From contig CAXXKT010000001.1 in NCBI GenBank assembly GCA_963662405.2, forward strand, positions 1,376,001 through 1,440,000: DNA of 64,000 nt. The letters run 5' to 3'. The position numbers and the translations under genes were made by a program. The notes beneath the pieces were generated by a model. That model saw only the letters and a list, made by a program, of their open reading frames with translations. It had not been told where the DNA came from and did not search any database. Shown here one piece after another: positions 29,894-39,326 of this stretch. The first letter of the stretch is position 1. Every line of letters begins with the position of its first letter. This stretch comes from Syntrophales bacterium. GTDB lineage: Bacteria > Desulfobacterota > Syntrophia > Syntrophales > UBA2210.

Positions 29894-30214
29894 TTAATTG
29901 GTTGTGATGAAATGCATCAGCGTCTCTTCGTCGGCAAGCCCCAACAGCCGATTTCGTTCCTCTCCTTTGACCAGGATCAGGAATGTTGGAGTTCCGAAAA
30001 CACCATACCGCTCTTGAAATGGTCTTATGAACCCTTCTTCCAGTAGGCACACCTTCAATTTCTGCCCACACCTTTTTGCTATTCTCTCAACAATCCGTAA
30101 AACTTCGAAAAACTGTTCATTGCGGGGCACGCACACGAGAAGGACCGGTTTTTCTTCGGTTGTGATTTCCCGTTCAAAATTTTCGGGTCCCACGAAGCGA
30201 ACCGGACTCTCCAT
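29894..30214 (-). CDS. thioredoxin-fold protein lacking CxxC
   Basis: ENFEREI...KPVLL...KLKVC...RYGVFGTPTFLILVKGEERNRLLG follows the Trx pattern, but WCGPC is replaced by VCVPRNEQF. Start set at ATG 30214. Confidence 0.72.
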   Translation of the reverse strand: MESPVRFVGPENFEREITTEEKPVLLVCVPRNEQFFEVLRIVERIAKRCGQKLKVCLLEEGFIRPFQERYGVFGTPTFLILVKGEERNRLLGLADEETLMHFITTN

Positions 30215-30251
30215 TATGTAACCCCGCGTGAAGGATTTCAGAGAATGCAAA

Positions 30252-30313
30252 GCACTAAGGCACTAAGGCACCAAGGCACCAAGGCACCAAGGCACCAAGG
30301 CACCAAGGCACAG
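30252..30313. repeat. 8-bp tandem repeat (GCAC[T/C]AAG) x7 plus a partial unit
   Basis: Two GCACTAAG, then five GCACCAAG, then GCACAG. Confidence 0.95.
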
Positions 30314-30340
30314 ATCTGCCTTCCCCTGCAATCCTTAGGA

Positions 30341-30356
30341 AACAATAAACATGCCA
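30341..30356 (-). promoter_or_regulatory. putative sigma-54 -24/-12 promoter
   Basis: Minus strand TGGCATG-TTTA-TTGTT versus consensus TGGCACG-N4-TTGCW; lies directly downstream of a sigma-54 activator gene. Confidence 0.6.
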
Positions 30357-30422
30357 GGGGCGCAAAAAATGATAACCGTTGGTAATCTAATCAATTAGTG
30401 CTTGGGGGGTGGCATCAAGAAA

Positions 30423-30468
30423 TGTGACATGTCACACATATGTGGCGCACAGTAGTGTGACATGTCAC
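30423..30468. promoter_or_regulatory. paired palindromic enhancer (UAS) candidates GTGACATGTCAC
   Basis: Perfect palindromes at 30424-30435 and 30457-30468, 33 bp apart and about 70-110 bp upstream of the -24 element. Confidence 0.65.
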
Positions 30469-30473
30469 TCTCG

Positions 30474-32237
30474 TCAGTGAGGTTCGGTGATCTGAAGTTT
30501 GTTAATTTTTCGGTAAATGGTTCGCCGGTTAATTCCCAACAGTCGGGCCGCCTTGGCTTTGTTCCAATCGGTTTTATTCAGGACATCGATGATTTCTTGA
30601 TCTTGTTTTGGTTTATTGCCGTTGATTGCGCGGGTAGTGCCGTTCTCCGTCCCCTTGTATCCTCTAATCTCAGGGGATAAATGCTCGGTCTTTATCTCCC
30701 GTCCATTGCACAGCACAAATGCATGTTCCAGGGCATGCTCCAATTCCCTGACATTCCCTGGCCACGGGTAGTTCATAAACTTTTCGAGGGCCTCATGTGA
30801 AATACCTTTGATATTCTTCTTGAATTTTTCATTAAATGAACGACAAAAATGGGTTGTCAACAGGGGCACATCTTCCAGTCGGTCTCGAAGAGGGGGCAGT
30901 GTAATCTCAACAACCTTCAGCCGGTAATACAGATCTTCCCGGAATTCACCTTTCGTTACCTTTTCTTTTAAATCCTTGTTCGTGCACGCAATGACTCGGA
31001 CATCCACTTTCTGAGGATTTGACTCACCGACCCGTTCAAATTCCTTTTCTTGCAAGACCCTCAGGAGTTTCAATTGGATAAGAGGCGAGATGTCACCTAT
31101 TTCATCGATCAGGATCGTTCCTTCATTGGCTGTCTGGAATCGACCGAGCCGATCTCTGATCGCCCCTGTGAAGGCCCCTTTAACATGACCAAATAACTCG
31201 CTCTCCAGCAGATTTTCCGCCAGGGCGGAACAGTTGACCGTTACGAAGGGCTTAAAGGCCCTCTCTCCCCCGTAATGAAGTGCTCTGGCAACGAGTTCCT
31301 TCCCCGTTCCACTTTCTCCGGTGATCAGAACCGTGGTTTGCAAATTTGCAAGATTCTCAAGAAAACTATAGATATCCTGCATTTTCCTGCTTTTGCCGAT
31401 GATTTGTTGAAACTGATATCTCCCTTGTAACTCTTTCTCAAGACCACGCAACTTGGTTACGTCTCGTATCACGAGAACGGCCCCCTTGAACTTGCTCTGT
31501 GAGTCAATAAGAGGAGAACTGGTAATGACAACGACCTGTTGCGGCTTATCATGCCGATGGCATTCAATCTGGTATTCCCTGATTGTTGCTTGTTTTTCCA
31601 GGGTTTCTCGCAAGATATTTTGACATGCCATACTGCATAAGGGGCGCGTTTTCGCGAAGGGTGACCCGGTGATGTCTTCGGAACGTACGCCACAAATTTT
31701 TTCAATGGCCGTGTTCGCGTCGATCACCTTGCTGTCGGTGTCAACGGCAATGATGCCTTCCCTTACACTCCCGAAGATGGCCTCCAACCGGCTTCGATGG
31801 TTTGCCAATTCTTCTTCAGTTCTTTTGCGGTCTGTAATATCGTGCCATATCTGCCGGAACCCCGTTGCCTGACCGTTTGTTTCTTTTAAAGAAATCGAGC
31901 ATTCGATAATCCTCCTTTTCCCGTCCTTTCGTACCATGTCATGGATAAATCCTTTACGGGTGGCCTTTGTGGTGTACACCTTGGAGTAGACTCGCTTGAT
32001 TTGTTTGCGGGTCCCCTTATCAAGCAGCTTTTTATAGCTTATACCGATGATCTCATCTTTGGAACGGCTGCTCCAGTCAAGAGAGGCCTTGTTGGCGAAA
32101 GTAACATTCCCCGCAAGGTCATATTCTACGTAACAGTCCGGCATTGCATCGAGCATCTGTCGATATGCCTCTTGGGATTCTTTGAGGGCTGCTTCAATCC
32201 TCTGGCGTTCATCGAATTCGTGGTTACCTTCCTTCAT
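30474..32237 (-). CDS. PAS-PAS sigma-54-dependent activator (bEBP, Fis HTH)
   Basis: Two PAS domains, GESGTGKELVA, GAFTGA, WPGNVRELE, NKAKAARLLGINRRTIYRK. An alternative ATG lies at 32258. Confidence 0.93.
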   Translation of the reverse strand: MKEGNHEFDERQRIEAALKESQEAYRQMLDAMPDCYVEYDLAGNVTFANKASLDWSSRSKDEIIGISYKKLLDKGTRKQIKRVYSKVYTTKATRKGFIHDMVRKDGKRRIIECSISLKETNGQATGFRQIWHDITDRKRTEEELANHRSRLEAIFGSVREGIIAVDTDSKVIDANTAIEKICGVRSEDITGSPFAKTRPLCSMACQNILRETLEKQATIREYQIECHRHDKPQQVVVITSSPLIDSQSKFKGAVLVIRDVTKLRGLEKELQGRYQFQQIIGKSRKMQDIYSFLENLANLQTTVLITGESGTGKELVARALHYGGERAFKPFVTVNCSALAENLLESELFGHVKGAFTGAIRDRLGRFQTANEGTILIDEIGDISPLIQLKLLRVLQEKEFERVGESNPQKVDVRVIACTNKDLKEKVTKGEFREDLYYRLKVVEITLPPLRDRLEDVPLLTTHFCRSFNEKFKKNIKGISHEALEKFMNYPWPGNVRELEHALEHAFVLCNGREIKTEHLSPEIRGYKGTENGTTRAINGNKPKQDQEIIDVLNKTDWNKAKAARLLGINRRTIYRKINKLQITEPH

Positions 32238-32421
32238 GCACGTTTCCCCCTTCTTCATTGTTCAGTGCACCGCAACATAAGAAAAGCAATCGGTATGGAC
32301 ATGCATCTTTGAATGGTAATGGTTTATTACAGCGGGAAGGACCATTAGTCAAGGGAATGCCGCGTATGCGCTATTTTCCCCTTGCCGGGAAGAATGCCGG
32401 CGGCTATGATGCGCCGGTACG

Positions 32422-32832
32422 GTGAATGATGGGATGATCCAGACTATCTTTGACGTAACGATTGTGGAAGCGGGTGTTGTCGGGCTCGCCGTGGCGGAAG
32501 AACTCGCCGGCCGGGTCAGATTCGGGCCGGACACGGAATATGTGACCAATTGAGCATATGCCGTTGACGAAACGAAGAGGAACTCCTTCTGGGAGTCCGT
32601 GAAACGATATATGCTTGGCGTGCGAAGGGAACAGCTTCACCCCGACACGAGCGGGATACGGCCGAAACTCCAGGGACCGAGCGAGCTCTACCGGGACTTT
32701 GTGATCACCGAAGAAAGCAGCCGCGGCTTTCCCGGCCTGATCAACCTGATCGGGATAGAATCCCCCGGTCTGACATCGTGCGTGCCCATAGCGCGGTATG
32801 TCGCACAACTTGCCGGGGCAGTGTTGCACTGA
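32422..32832 (+). pseudogene. degenerate internally deleted duplicate of the LhgO-family gene at 23808
   Basis: Homology starts at 32375 (equivalent to 23761). The 5' and 3' parts are joined at GCCGGCCGG (32506-32514), there is a TGA at 32551, and the first Gly of GxGxxG has become Glu. Confidence 0.9.
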
Positions 32833-32937
32833 TTGTTCAAGGTCTTCTGTTTGCATTGATTTCATGCCGAAGAAAGTGTTTAATCAGACAATCATAACTC
32901 CCCGTTTCCTGGGAGACCCCAAAGAGGAGGTGTGATC

Positions 32938-34353
32938 ATGTCCGGAACCGATGAGTTGGCCTTTCTCGATGCCACGGCACAGGCGGAACTGGTGCGCACA
33001 AAGGAAGTTCACCCCCGTCAACTGGTCGATGCGGCCATCGAGCGCATCGAACGGATAAATCCGGCTCTGAACGCGGTGGTGACCCCCCTGTTCGATCTGG
33101 CGCGTGATCTGGCGCGGGGCACTCTGCCGGATGGCCCCTTTTCCGGGGTGCCCTTTCTTCTCAAGGACCTGCTGGCCTCCTGTGCGGGAGTCCGCATGAC
33201 CTTCGGATCGAAGCTTCTGCAGGATTTTATCCCCGATCATGACAGCGAGCTGGTTTCCCGGTATAAACGGGCGGGATTCATCATCTTGGGAAAGACGAAC
33301 ACCCCTGAGTTCGGTATCCTCCCCACCACGGAGCCGGCCCTTCACGGCCCGTGCCGTAATCCATGGGATACGGGACGGACCACCGGCGGTTCCAGCGGCG
33401 GTTCGGCCGCGGCCGTCGCCGCTGGTATGGTGCCGGCGGCGCACGGGAATGATGGGGGTGGTTCCATCCGTATCCCGGCGTCGTGTTGCGGCCTCTTCGG
33501 ACTGAAACCGACCAGGGGGAGAAATCCCCTCGGCCCCGACTTTGGCGATCTCATGAGCGGCCTTGTTGCCGAGCACGTCCTCACGCGCTCGGTCAGGGAC
33601 AGCGCGGCGATCCTCGATGCGACGGCGGGACCGGGTGTCGGTGATCCCTACTGGGCGCCGCCCAAAGAGCGCCCCTTTGCGCAGGAGGTCGGCGCCCCCG
33701 CCGGACGGCTTCGGATCGGCTTCACCACGGGAACAGATGCCGGGATGCCGATCCACGACGACTGCATCAGGGCGGTTCAGGAAGCCGCGGCGCTCTGCTC
33801 GGATCTGGGCCATGATGTCGAGGAGAGTGCGCCGTCGATAAACAGGGATCAGGTGACAGAGGCCTTTGTCGTTCTCTGGTCGGCGGGAATCGCGGCAACG
33901 ATAAAGGCGCTCGGCGTTCGGAAAGGTCAGGTCGAGCCGCTCACCTGGGCGCTTGCCGAGATGGGATTGCACTACGATGCCGCTGATTATCTCAACGCCG
34001 TGCTGACGATACAGCGCCTGGCCCGGGACATCGCTTCCTTCTTCACAGAGTATGATATCTTCCTCACGCCGACACTCGCCGAGCCGCCCGTGCCGCTGGG
34101 GACCTTCGATTCCCCACCGGACGATCCACTCAGGGGCTTTATCCGGGCGGGGACGTTTGTGCCCTTCACCCCTGTCTGTAACGCGACGGGACAGCCGGCG
34201 ATGTCCGTTCCCCTCTTCTGGAATGATGACAACGTCCCGGTGGGGACCCATTTTGTCGGACGGTTCGGGGACGAAGCGACCCTCTTTCGTCTCGCGGCAC
34301 AGCTCGAAGAAGCACGCCCCTGGGCCGGGAGACGCCCGCCCATATCGGCATGA
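32938..34353 (+). CDS. amidase-signature family hydrolase
   Basis: [56 protein letters not shown]. Confidence 0.93.
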   Translation: MSGTDELAFLDATAQAELVRTKEVHPRQLVDAAIERIERINPALNAVVTPLFDLARDLARGTLPDGPFSGVPFLLKDLLASCAGVRMTFGSKLLQDFIPDHDSELVSRYKRAGFIILGKTNTPEFGILPTTEPALHGPCRNPWDTGRTTGGSSGGSAAAVAAGMVPAAHGNDGGGSIRIPASCCGLFGLKPTRGRNPLGPDFGDLMSGLVAEHVLTRSVRDSAAILDATAGPGVGDPYWAPPKERPFAQEVGAPAGRLRIGFTTGTDAGMPIHDDCIRAVQEAAALCSDLGHDVEESAPSINRDQVTEAFVVLWSAGIAATIKALGVRKGQVEPLTWALAEMGLHYDAADYLNAVLTIQRLARDIASFFTEYDIFLTPTLAEPPVPLGTFDSPPDDPLRGFIRAGTFVPFTPVCNATGQPAMSVPLFWNDDNVPVGTHFVGRFGDEATLFRLAAQLEEARPWAGRRPPISA

Positions 34354-34379
34354 AGACGCGGTGAGAGGACTTGTGTCGT

Positions 34380-35405
34380 TCAGGAGAAGTGCGGTCTCAC
34401 CCCTTCGGCCACGTACTCCGGGCTTCGGATGGACATGAAGGTGTCACCTAGGAGGGTCGCGTTGGCCCCGTCGGAGATGTCGATGTAGGGGATCGGCCCG
34501 CGCTGGATGATCCGGGCCTGGGTCCGGAAGCTGTCATCCCCCTCCAGCCCCGAATAGAGGAAGAAATTGAAGCTGTAATAATACTGCTCGGCCATGTAGG
34601 CAAAGAGACGGGTCAGCCCCTCCGCCAGATCCCGGAGGTCGCTGTCCGCGAGTGATATGATCGTTGCTCTTCGCTGAAACACCACCCGGATGTCCATCTG
34701 GAACGAACGCGGGACGAAGCTGGTCATCCAGACCGTCTGTCCGATCTCGCCGATGTATCGCGCTCCCCGTTTTTTTTCTTCCCGAATGAGCTCGTCCCAG
34801 TAGGAGGTACCCTCTTTCCGGAAGAACCGTTTCGAGCTTGCCAGCAGCTTCTTGTGATAGGCGAGGGGAAAAGGCCCGGCAAAGGGCTGTTGATGAGGGT
34901 GAATCTGGCTGGCATTGGCGGGGGGGAAATAGTTCCACATGATCCCGCAGTACTTCGCCTTTGGATCGTACGCACTGACGGTCTTCAGATATTCCCGGGA
35001 GGCCCGGAAGGCGTCCGTGAGCATCGGTACCGTAAAAGAGGAAAGCCCCACATAGTGTTCCCGGGAGATCACCGTGACCGCGCCATACTGATTATAGGGG
35101 TAGAGGTTGGGAAAGACTCGCGCCTCTCCCGCCTGTATGTGACCTTCTTCCCGAAAGGCGGGGATGAATCGAGGGGTTGTCTCCTCCACTGCGCCGGGGC
35201 AGAAGGGGCACCTCTCACGTGACTTTTCGATCAACGATGTCAGATCGGGGGCGGGGGGATTGGGGTATCGCAGGTCCCTCACCATTCCCATCTCTCCGGT
35301 CAAGGGGTCGATCCGGTATTCAATCCCCCGCTCTTTATCCGCGAAGCCATCGGTCGGGTCGAGGAATCGAGCCGTTACCTTCTTGATTGTGAAGTCGATT
35401 GCCAT
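34380..35405 (-). CDS. GalT-like (HIT superfamily) nucleotidyltransferase
   Basis: YRIDPLTGE, CPFCPG, VFPNLYP and ASQIHPHQQ (HxHxQ). Start set at ATG 35405, behind GGAGG. Confidence 0.8.
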   Translation of the reverse strand: MAIDFTIKKVTARFLDPTDGFADKERGIEYRIDPLTGEMGMVRDLRYPNPPAPDLTSLIEKSRERCPFCPGAVEETTPRFIPAFREEGHIQAGEARVFPNLYPYNQYGAVTVISREHYVGLSSFTVPMLTDAFRASREYLKTVSAYDPKAKYCGIMWNYFPPANASQIHPHQQPFAGPFPLAYHKKLLASSKRFFRKEGTSYWDELIREEKKRGARYIGEIGQTVWMTSFVPRSFQMDIRVVFQRRATIISLADSDLRDLAEGLTRLFAYMAEQYYYSFNFFLYSGLEGDDSFRTQARIIQRGPIPYIDISDGANATLLGDTFMSIRSPEYVAEGVRPHFS

Positions 35406-35548
35406 ACATGCACCTCCGTCGCGAGGGCACGATAGCACAAAAAGGGCCCGCATTGCCACAACGAGCTGTGACAAGCGATTCTTTTGTAACGATGAAAGGT
35501 TTCTATGATAAAAAGGGTGAAAGTTCAGGCGGGAAAGGAGGCGCCTCC

Positions 35549-35860
35549 ATGGGAAAATGCAGGATTACGGTATTGGAAACCCAATTTAACGAAAAGCTTG
35601 CCAGGGAGTACGGGGTTGCCGGCATTGACCCCTGTCCTTTCCACAAAGTCGGCGATGTATTCGTGGCGGGATACGCGAAGCCCGAAGGCTTCTGCGACGA
35701 AGCATGGAAAGCAATCCAGCATTATGTCTTCGCCCTGGTACACGGAACAACGGGGACGTTTTTCGGCGATCGATGGGTCCGGCAGGAAGGCGTCTCCATC
35801 AATAGCTGTAATGACGGGCTCCGCCCCGTCATTTTCAAGCTGGAGCGGATGAACGAGTGA
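35549..35860 (+). CDS. small Cys-motif protein, TIGR04076-like family
   Basis: CRITVL...CPFHKVGDVF...KPEGFCDEAW...SCNDGLRPVIFKLER, with a GGAGG RBS. Confidence 0.75.
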   Translation: MGKCRITVLETQFNEKLAREYGVAGIDPCPFHKVGDVFVAGYAKPEGFCDEAWKAIQHYVFALVHGTTGTFFGDRWVRQEGVSINSCNDGLRPVIFKLERMNE

Positions 35861-35886
35861 GATACCCCTTGCAGGAGGGCTGAGCT

Positions 35887-36462
35887 ATGAAAATCCTCAA
35901 CGTGTACGGAAGCATGGTCGATGGCTCCAGCGCCGCCATCGCCACCCGGTTTCTCGAAAAAGCCGGCCTTCTCTGTGCGCAGATTGAAAGCTTTACGCTC
36001 GGAGGCCTGCAGATCAACGGGTGCAAACGGTGCTTGTCCTGCAAAACCACAACCGACCGGTGCGCTATCCGGGACGATATCACCACGATATTTGACATCC
36101 TCGTTACCTGTGATGTCCTCGTCCTCTCCACGGGGGTCTATGAGGGAGATGTCACGGGGAATCTGTACCTCTTCGAATCGCGGCTGTTTTCATTCCTGAA
36201 GCCGGACTTCGAGACACGCCCTGACCCGTCACGGCTCCCCCCCCCCCCCCGCAAGATACTCGTATTCATCCAGACGCAGGGTGGCGTGAAAGAGTGGCAT
36301 GCCGACATCTACCAGCGGTACGAGTCGCTCTTCTGGAGGCTCGGGTTCGGCGAAGTCTTTGTCATTCAGGCGGACTGCGTCGACCATCCCTATGACATCG
36401 GCGACGATGTCATGAACCGGGCGGAAGAGATCGCCGCGTCGGTCATCGAGCTGGCTAACTGA
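35887..36462 (+). CDS. flavodoxin-family / iron-sulfur flavoprotein (FMN reductase-like)
   Basis: MKILNVYGS, CxxCxxC...C (CKRCLSCKTTTDRC), LVFIQTQG. Contains an in-frame C14 run. Confidence 0.8.
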   Translation: MKILNVYGSMVDGSSAAIATRFLEKAGLLCAQIESFTLGGLQINGCKRCLSCKTTTDRCAIRDDITTIFDILVTCDVLVLSTGVYEGDVTGNLYLFESRLFSFLKPDFETRPDPSRLPPPPRKILVFIQTQGGVKEWHADIYQRYESLFWRLGFGEVFVIQADCVDHPYDIGDDVMNRAEEIAASVIELAN

Positions 36463-36673
36463 CCCCGTGCCCCAAATGTCTGCTTGATTTCTTTTATCAA
36501 TTATGAGAGGTTGCAAAACGATGTAACGAAATTTGTCTTGGGTGATCATACCCGGCCCCACTGTATACGAATTACTGAACAGAAGAATCGATCCGTCCCT
36601 TTTACGGTTTGAAGCAAGGGACTGGTAGCGGGATTTTTTGGTTAAAAAATACGACCTGTGAAGGAGCCAGCCC

Positions 36674-37981
36674 ATGCACGCGTACATTGACGAGTATAAG
36701 CGCAAGTTGACCGCCCCTGCGGACGCCGTCGCGTCGATCAAGAGCGGTGATACCCTGATCCACGGCATGACCATCGCCGAGCCTCCGGCCCTCCTCGCCG
36801 CCCTTGCCGACAGGGCGGAGGCGGGGGAACTGCGGGACATCAAGGTCTATTCCTTCAACCCCCTCAAGTATGTGACCGAAACGATCTGCCGGCCGGACCT
36901 GAGCGATGTCATCGAGTCATATTCATGGTTTGTCAGCGGCCATTCACGGGGATTGGTCTCGGTCGGGCTGACGCAGTACATCCCCGTCTACTTCCATCAG
37001 GTCCCGCGGCTGATCCGGGAAGAGATGACCGTCGATGTCACCATCACCACCGTTTCGCCCATGGACCGGTCCGGGTTCTTCAGCTTCGGGACCAACAACG
37101 ACTATACGTCGGTGGCGTCCAAGGCGAGCAAGAAAGTCATCGTTGAAGTGAACGAACACATGCCCCGTGTCTTCGGGAGCGGAATGATCCACATCTCCGA
37201 CGTTGACGCCATCGTGGAAAACACCGTCCCGCTGCTTGAATTGCCGCCGCCACCGCCGAAACCGGAAGACGCCCTGATCGGGAAACATATCGCCGAGGTT
37301 ATCCCCGACGGCGCCGTCCTGCAGCTGGGGATCGGGAATGTCCCCAACGGTGTCACTCCCTACCTGACCGGGCATAAAGACTTGGGTATCCATACCGAAC
37401 TCATCGGCCCCGGAATGGTGGACCTCATCAGGCAGGGGGTGATTACGGGACGCAGGAAGAATTTACACGCGGAAAAACATGTCTACACCTGCGCATACGG
37501 GACACAAGACACCTATGATTTCATGAACGACAACCCGAGCATGGCGAGTTATCCCTCTTCCTACGTCCTGGACCCGGCCGTAATCAGCAGAAACGACAAT
37601 ATGGTTTCCATCAACGCGATCCTGGAGGTCGACCTTTTCGGGCAGTGCAACGCGGAATCGCTCGACCAATCCCAGTTCAGCGGTGTGGGCGGGCAACTTG
37701 ATTTCGTGCGGGGGGCATGTAATTCCAAAGGTGGTAAATCCATATTGGCATGCTACTCCACGGCCAAAAAGGGGCAGTTCTCGCGGATTGTTTCCCGTCT
37801 CCCGGAGGGGACGATGGTGACGACGCCCCGGATGGATACCGACTACCTGTGCACGGAGTATGGCCTCGTCAAGATCCAGGGGAAAACCACTCGTGAACGG
37901 GCCCTGGCCATCATCAGTATCGCCCACCCCTCCTTCAGAGACGACCTGCTGCGGGAGGCCGAGAGCATGATGCTCTTATAA
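36674..37981 (+). CDS. acetyl-CoA hydrolase/CoA-transferase (4-hydroxybutyrate CoA-transferase family)
   Basis: LQLGIG, DLGIHTE, SINAILEVDLFGQ, SGVGGQLDFVRGA, RERALAIISIAHP. Confidence 0.92.
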   Translation: MHAYIDEYKRKLTAPADAVASIKSGDTLIHGMTIAEPPALLAALADRAEAGELRDIKVYSFNPLKYVTETICRPDLSDVIESYSWFVSGHSRGLVSVGLTQYIPVYFHQVPRLIREEMTVDVTITTVSPMDRSGFFSFGTNNDYTSVASKASKKVIVEVNEHMPRVFGSGMIHISDVDAIVENTVPLLELPPPPPKPEDALIGKHIAEVIPDGAVLQLGIGNVPNGVTPYLTGHKDLGIHTELIGPGMVDLIRQGVITGRRKNLHAEKHVYTCAYGTQDTYDFMNDNPSMASYPSSYVLDPAVISRNDNMVSINAILEVDLFGQCNAESLDQSQFSGVGGQLDFVRGACNSKGGKSILACYSTAKKGQFSRIVSRLPEGTMVTTPRMDTDYLCTEYGLVKIQGKTTRERALAIISIAHPSFRDDLLREAESMMLL

Positions 37982-38053
37982 GTGATGTCGGCACTTCGGA
38001 TAAGGGAAAGATGAAATGGAAATATTAAAGAGAACTCTCTGAAATCGGGAACT

Positions 38054-38084
38054 TATAAAAAATGGGCGCTGTCCCCATTTAATG
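38054..38084. repeat. 31-bp direct repeat, copy 1 (REP-like hairpin)
   Basis: TATAAAAAATGGGCGCTGTCCCCATTTAATG, identical to 39327-39357. Confidence 0.9.
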
Positions 38085-38225
38085 TTAATGGTATTTTGTC
38101 AAGAAATTTTGCTGTAAGGCAATAGGTAGTCAGCAGAAGCTGGTGTTGCTCACTCAAAAAAGGAAAAGCCTTGCCGTTGTGACTTTTTGGTGTTAAGGCT
38201 ACATAACAACAGGGGAGGTGATAAT

Positions 38226-38459
38226 ATGGGATCGGCAGCAATACGGGCCACGGTGTACCTGGACCCGGAATTACATAGAGCTCTTCGTCTGAAGGCGGTT
38301 GAAACATCCCAGTCCTTGTCGAAATTAGTGAATGATGCCATCAAAGAATCCCTGGCTGAAGACGCTGAAGATATTGCAGCCTTTGAGGAAAGAATAAGAG
38401 AGCCCTTAATCAGCTACGAAACGATGATCAAGAGGCTGAAAAAAGATGGCAGAATATGA
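38226..38459 (+). CDS. CopG/RHH-family antitoxin
   Basis: RATVYLDPELHRALRLKA...SLSKLVNDAIKESLAEDAED; overlaps the downstream toxin gene; GGAGG RBS. Confidence 0.82.
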   Translation: MGSAAIRATVYLDPELHRALRLKAVETSQSLSKLVNDAIKESLAEDAEDIAAFEERIREPLISYETMIKRLKKDGRI

Positions 38460-38703
38460 GATTTGTTTCAAAGAGTCCGTTGAAAAAGACTTCCGTGCAA
38501 TCCCCAAAAAAGATTTAAGAAAGATTCTCGATCGCATTGAGGCGCTTTCTCAAGATCCGAGACCACCGGGCCACGAAAAGCTTACAGGGCAAGAGAGATA
38601 TCGTGTTCGCCAGGGGCTGTACCGGATCATCTATTCCATTCAGGATAAAGAGCTTACAATCTGGGTAATAAAGGTAGGACATCGAAAAGATGTTTATCGA
38701 TGA
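38446..38703 (+). CDS. RelE/ParE-family toxin
   Basis: 85 aa with DPRPPGHEKLTG, YRVRQGLYRIIYSI and VIKVGHRKDVYR. Confidence 0.9.
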   Translation: MAEYEICFKESVEKDFRAIPKKDLRKILDRIEALSQDPRPPGHEKLTGQERYRVRQGLYRIIYSIQDKELTIWVIKVGHRKDVYR

Positions 38704-38745
38704 CCCGAACAGGTCAATCTTCTATCCGGGAAAGGAGGAACGGTC

Positions 38746-39225
38746 ATGATAAAGCAGAAAGTCTACAAAGCTGTTCTTTATATTGTTGTGATCACGATGG
38801 GGGTCTTTTGGGGGGGCGGCGCGTCGTTCGCGGGAAATGACGAGGCTGCCATCGATAGCGTCCGCCTTGCCTTTAACGCCGCCTACAACGCGGGCGATGC
38901 AAAGGCAATGGCCGCGCTCATTGACCGAGACGCCATCTGGATGCCGCCGACGGGGGAGAAGGCGATTGTCGGGGCGGACCGGATCGTCGCCCGTTATGAG
39001 GCCTTTTTCGGCAAGACGCGTTCCACGTTCGAGTTGAAGGCCGGTACCATTGAGGTATGTGGCGGGTGTGCCTATCTCAGCGGTGAATGGCAGCGGTCGG
39101 ACACCGTCAGCGCGGGAGGAACGGCCACGCCTCACGGCGGTTTCTATCTCATGGTGTTCAAGAAACAGCCGGACGGGAGCTGGAAGATCGCCCAGGATAT
39201 CTGGAACGACGGGATCAAACCCTGA
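38746..39225 (+). CDS. secreted NTF2-like (DUF4440/SgcJ-type) protein
   Basis: Signal peptide, AYNAGDA...DAIWMPP...VGADRI, VFKKQPDGSWKIAQDIWN. Confidence 0.82.
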   Translation: MIKQKVYKAVLYIVVITMGVFWGGGASFAGNDEAAIDSVRLAFNAAYNAGDAKAMAALIDRDAIWMPPTGEKAIVGADRIVARYEAFFGKTRSTFELKAGTIEVCGGCAYLSGEWQRSDTVSAGGTATPHGGFYLMVFKKQPDGSWKIAQDIWNDGIKP

Positions 39226-39326
39226 ATTTCACTTGGCCGTCATTTTTGAAAGGATATTGATAAAAGATTGTGCAGTTAATTTGTATACGAGCAGGCCTAA
39301 AATAGGGTAACTCTCCAATGAGCATG

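Noticed and set aside
30252..30313. Possible CRISPR array
   Set aside because: The units are contiguous 8-mers with no spacers, and there are no cas genes. It is a VNTR.
30388..30400. IHF site between the enhancer and the sigma-54 promoter
   Set aside because: AATCAATTAGTGC matches only the first half of WATCAANNNNTTR. It is plausible but not supportable.
32884..34251. 455-aa minus-strand ORF
   Set aside because: It is antisense to the amidase, Arg-rich and without motifs.
38180..38730. Integron gene cassette (attC) around the TA pair
   Set aside because: GTTAAGG and CCGAAC are only partial core-site matches. No attC hairpin or integrase gene is visible.
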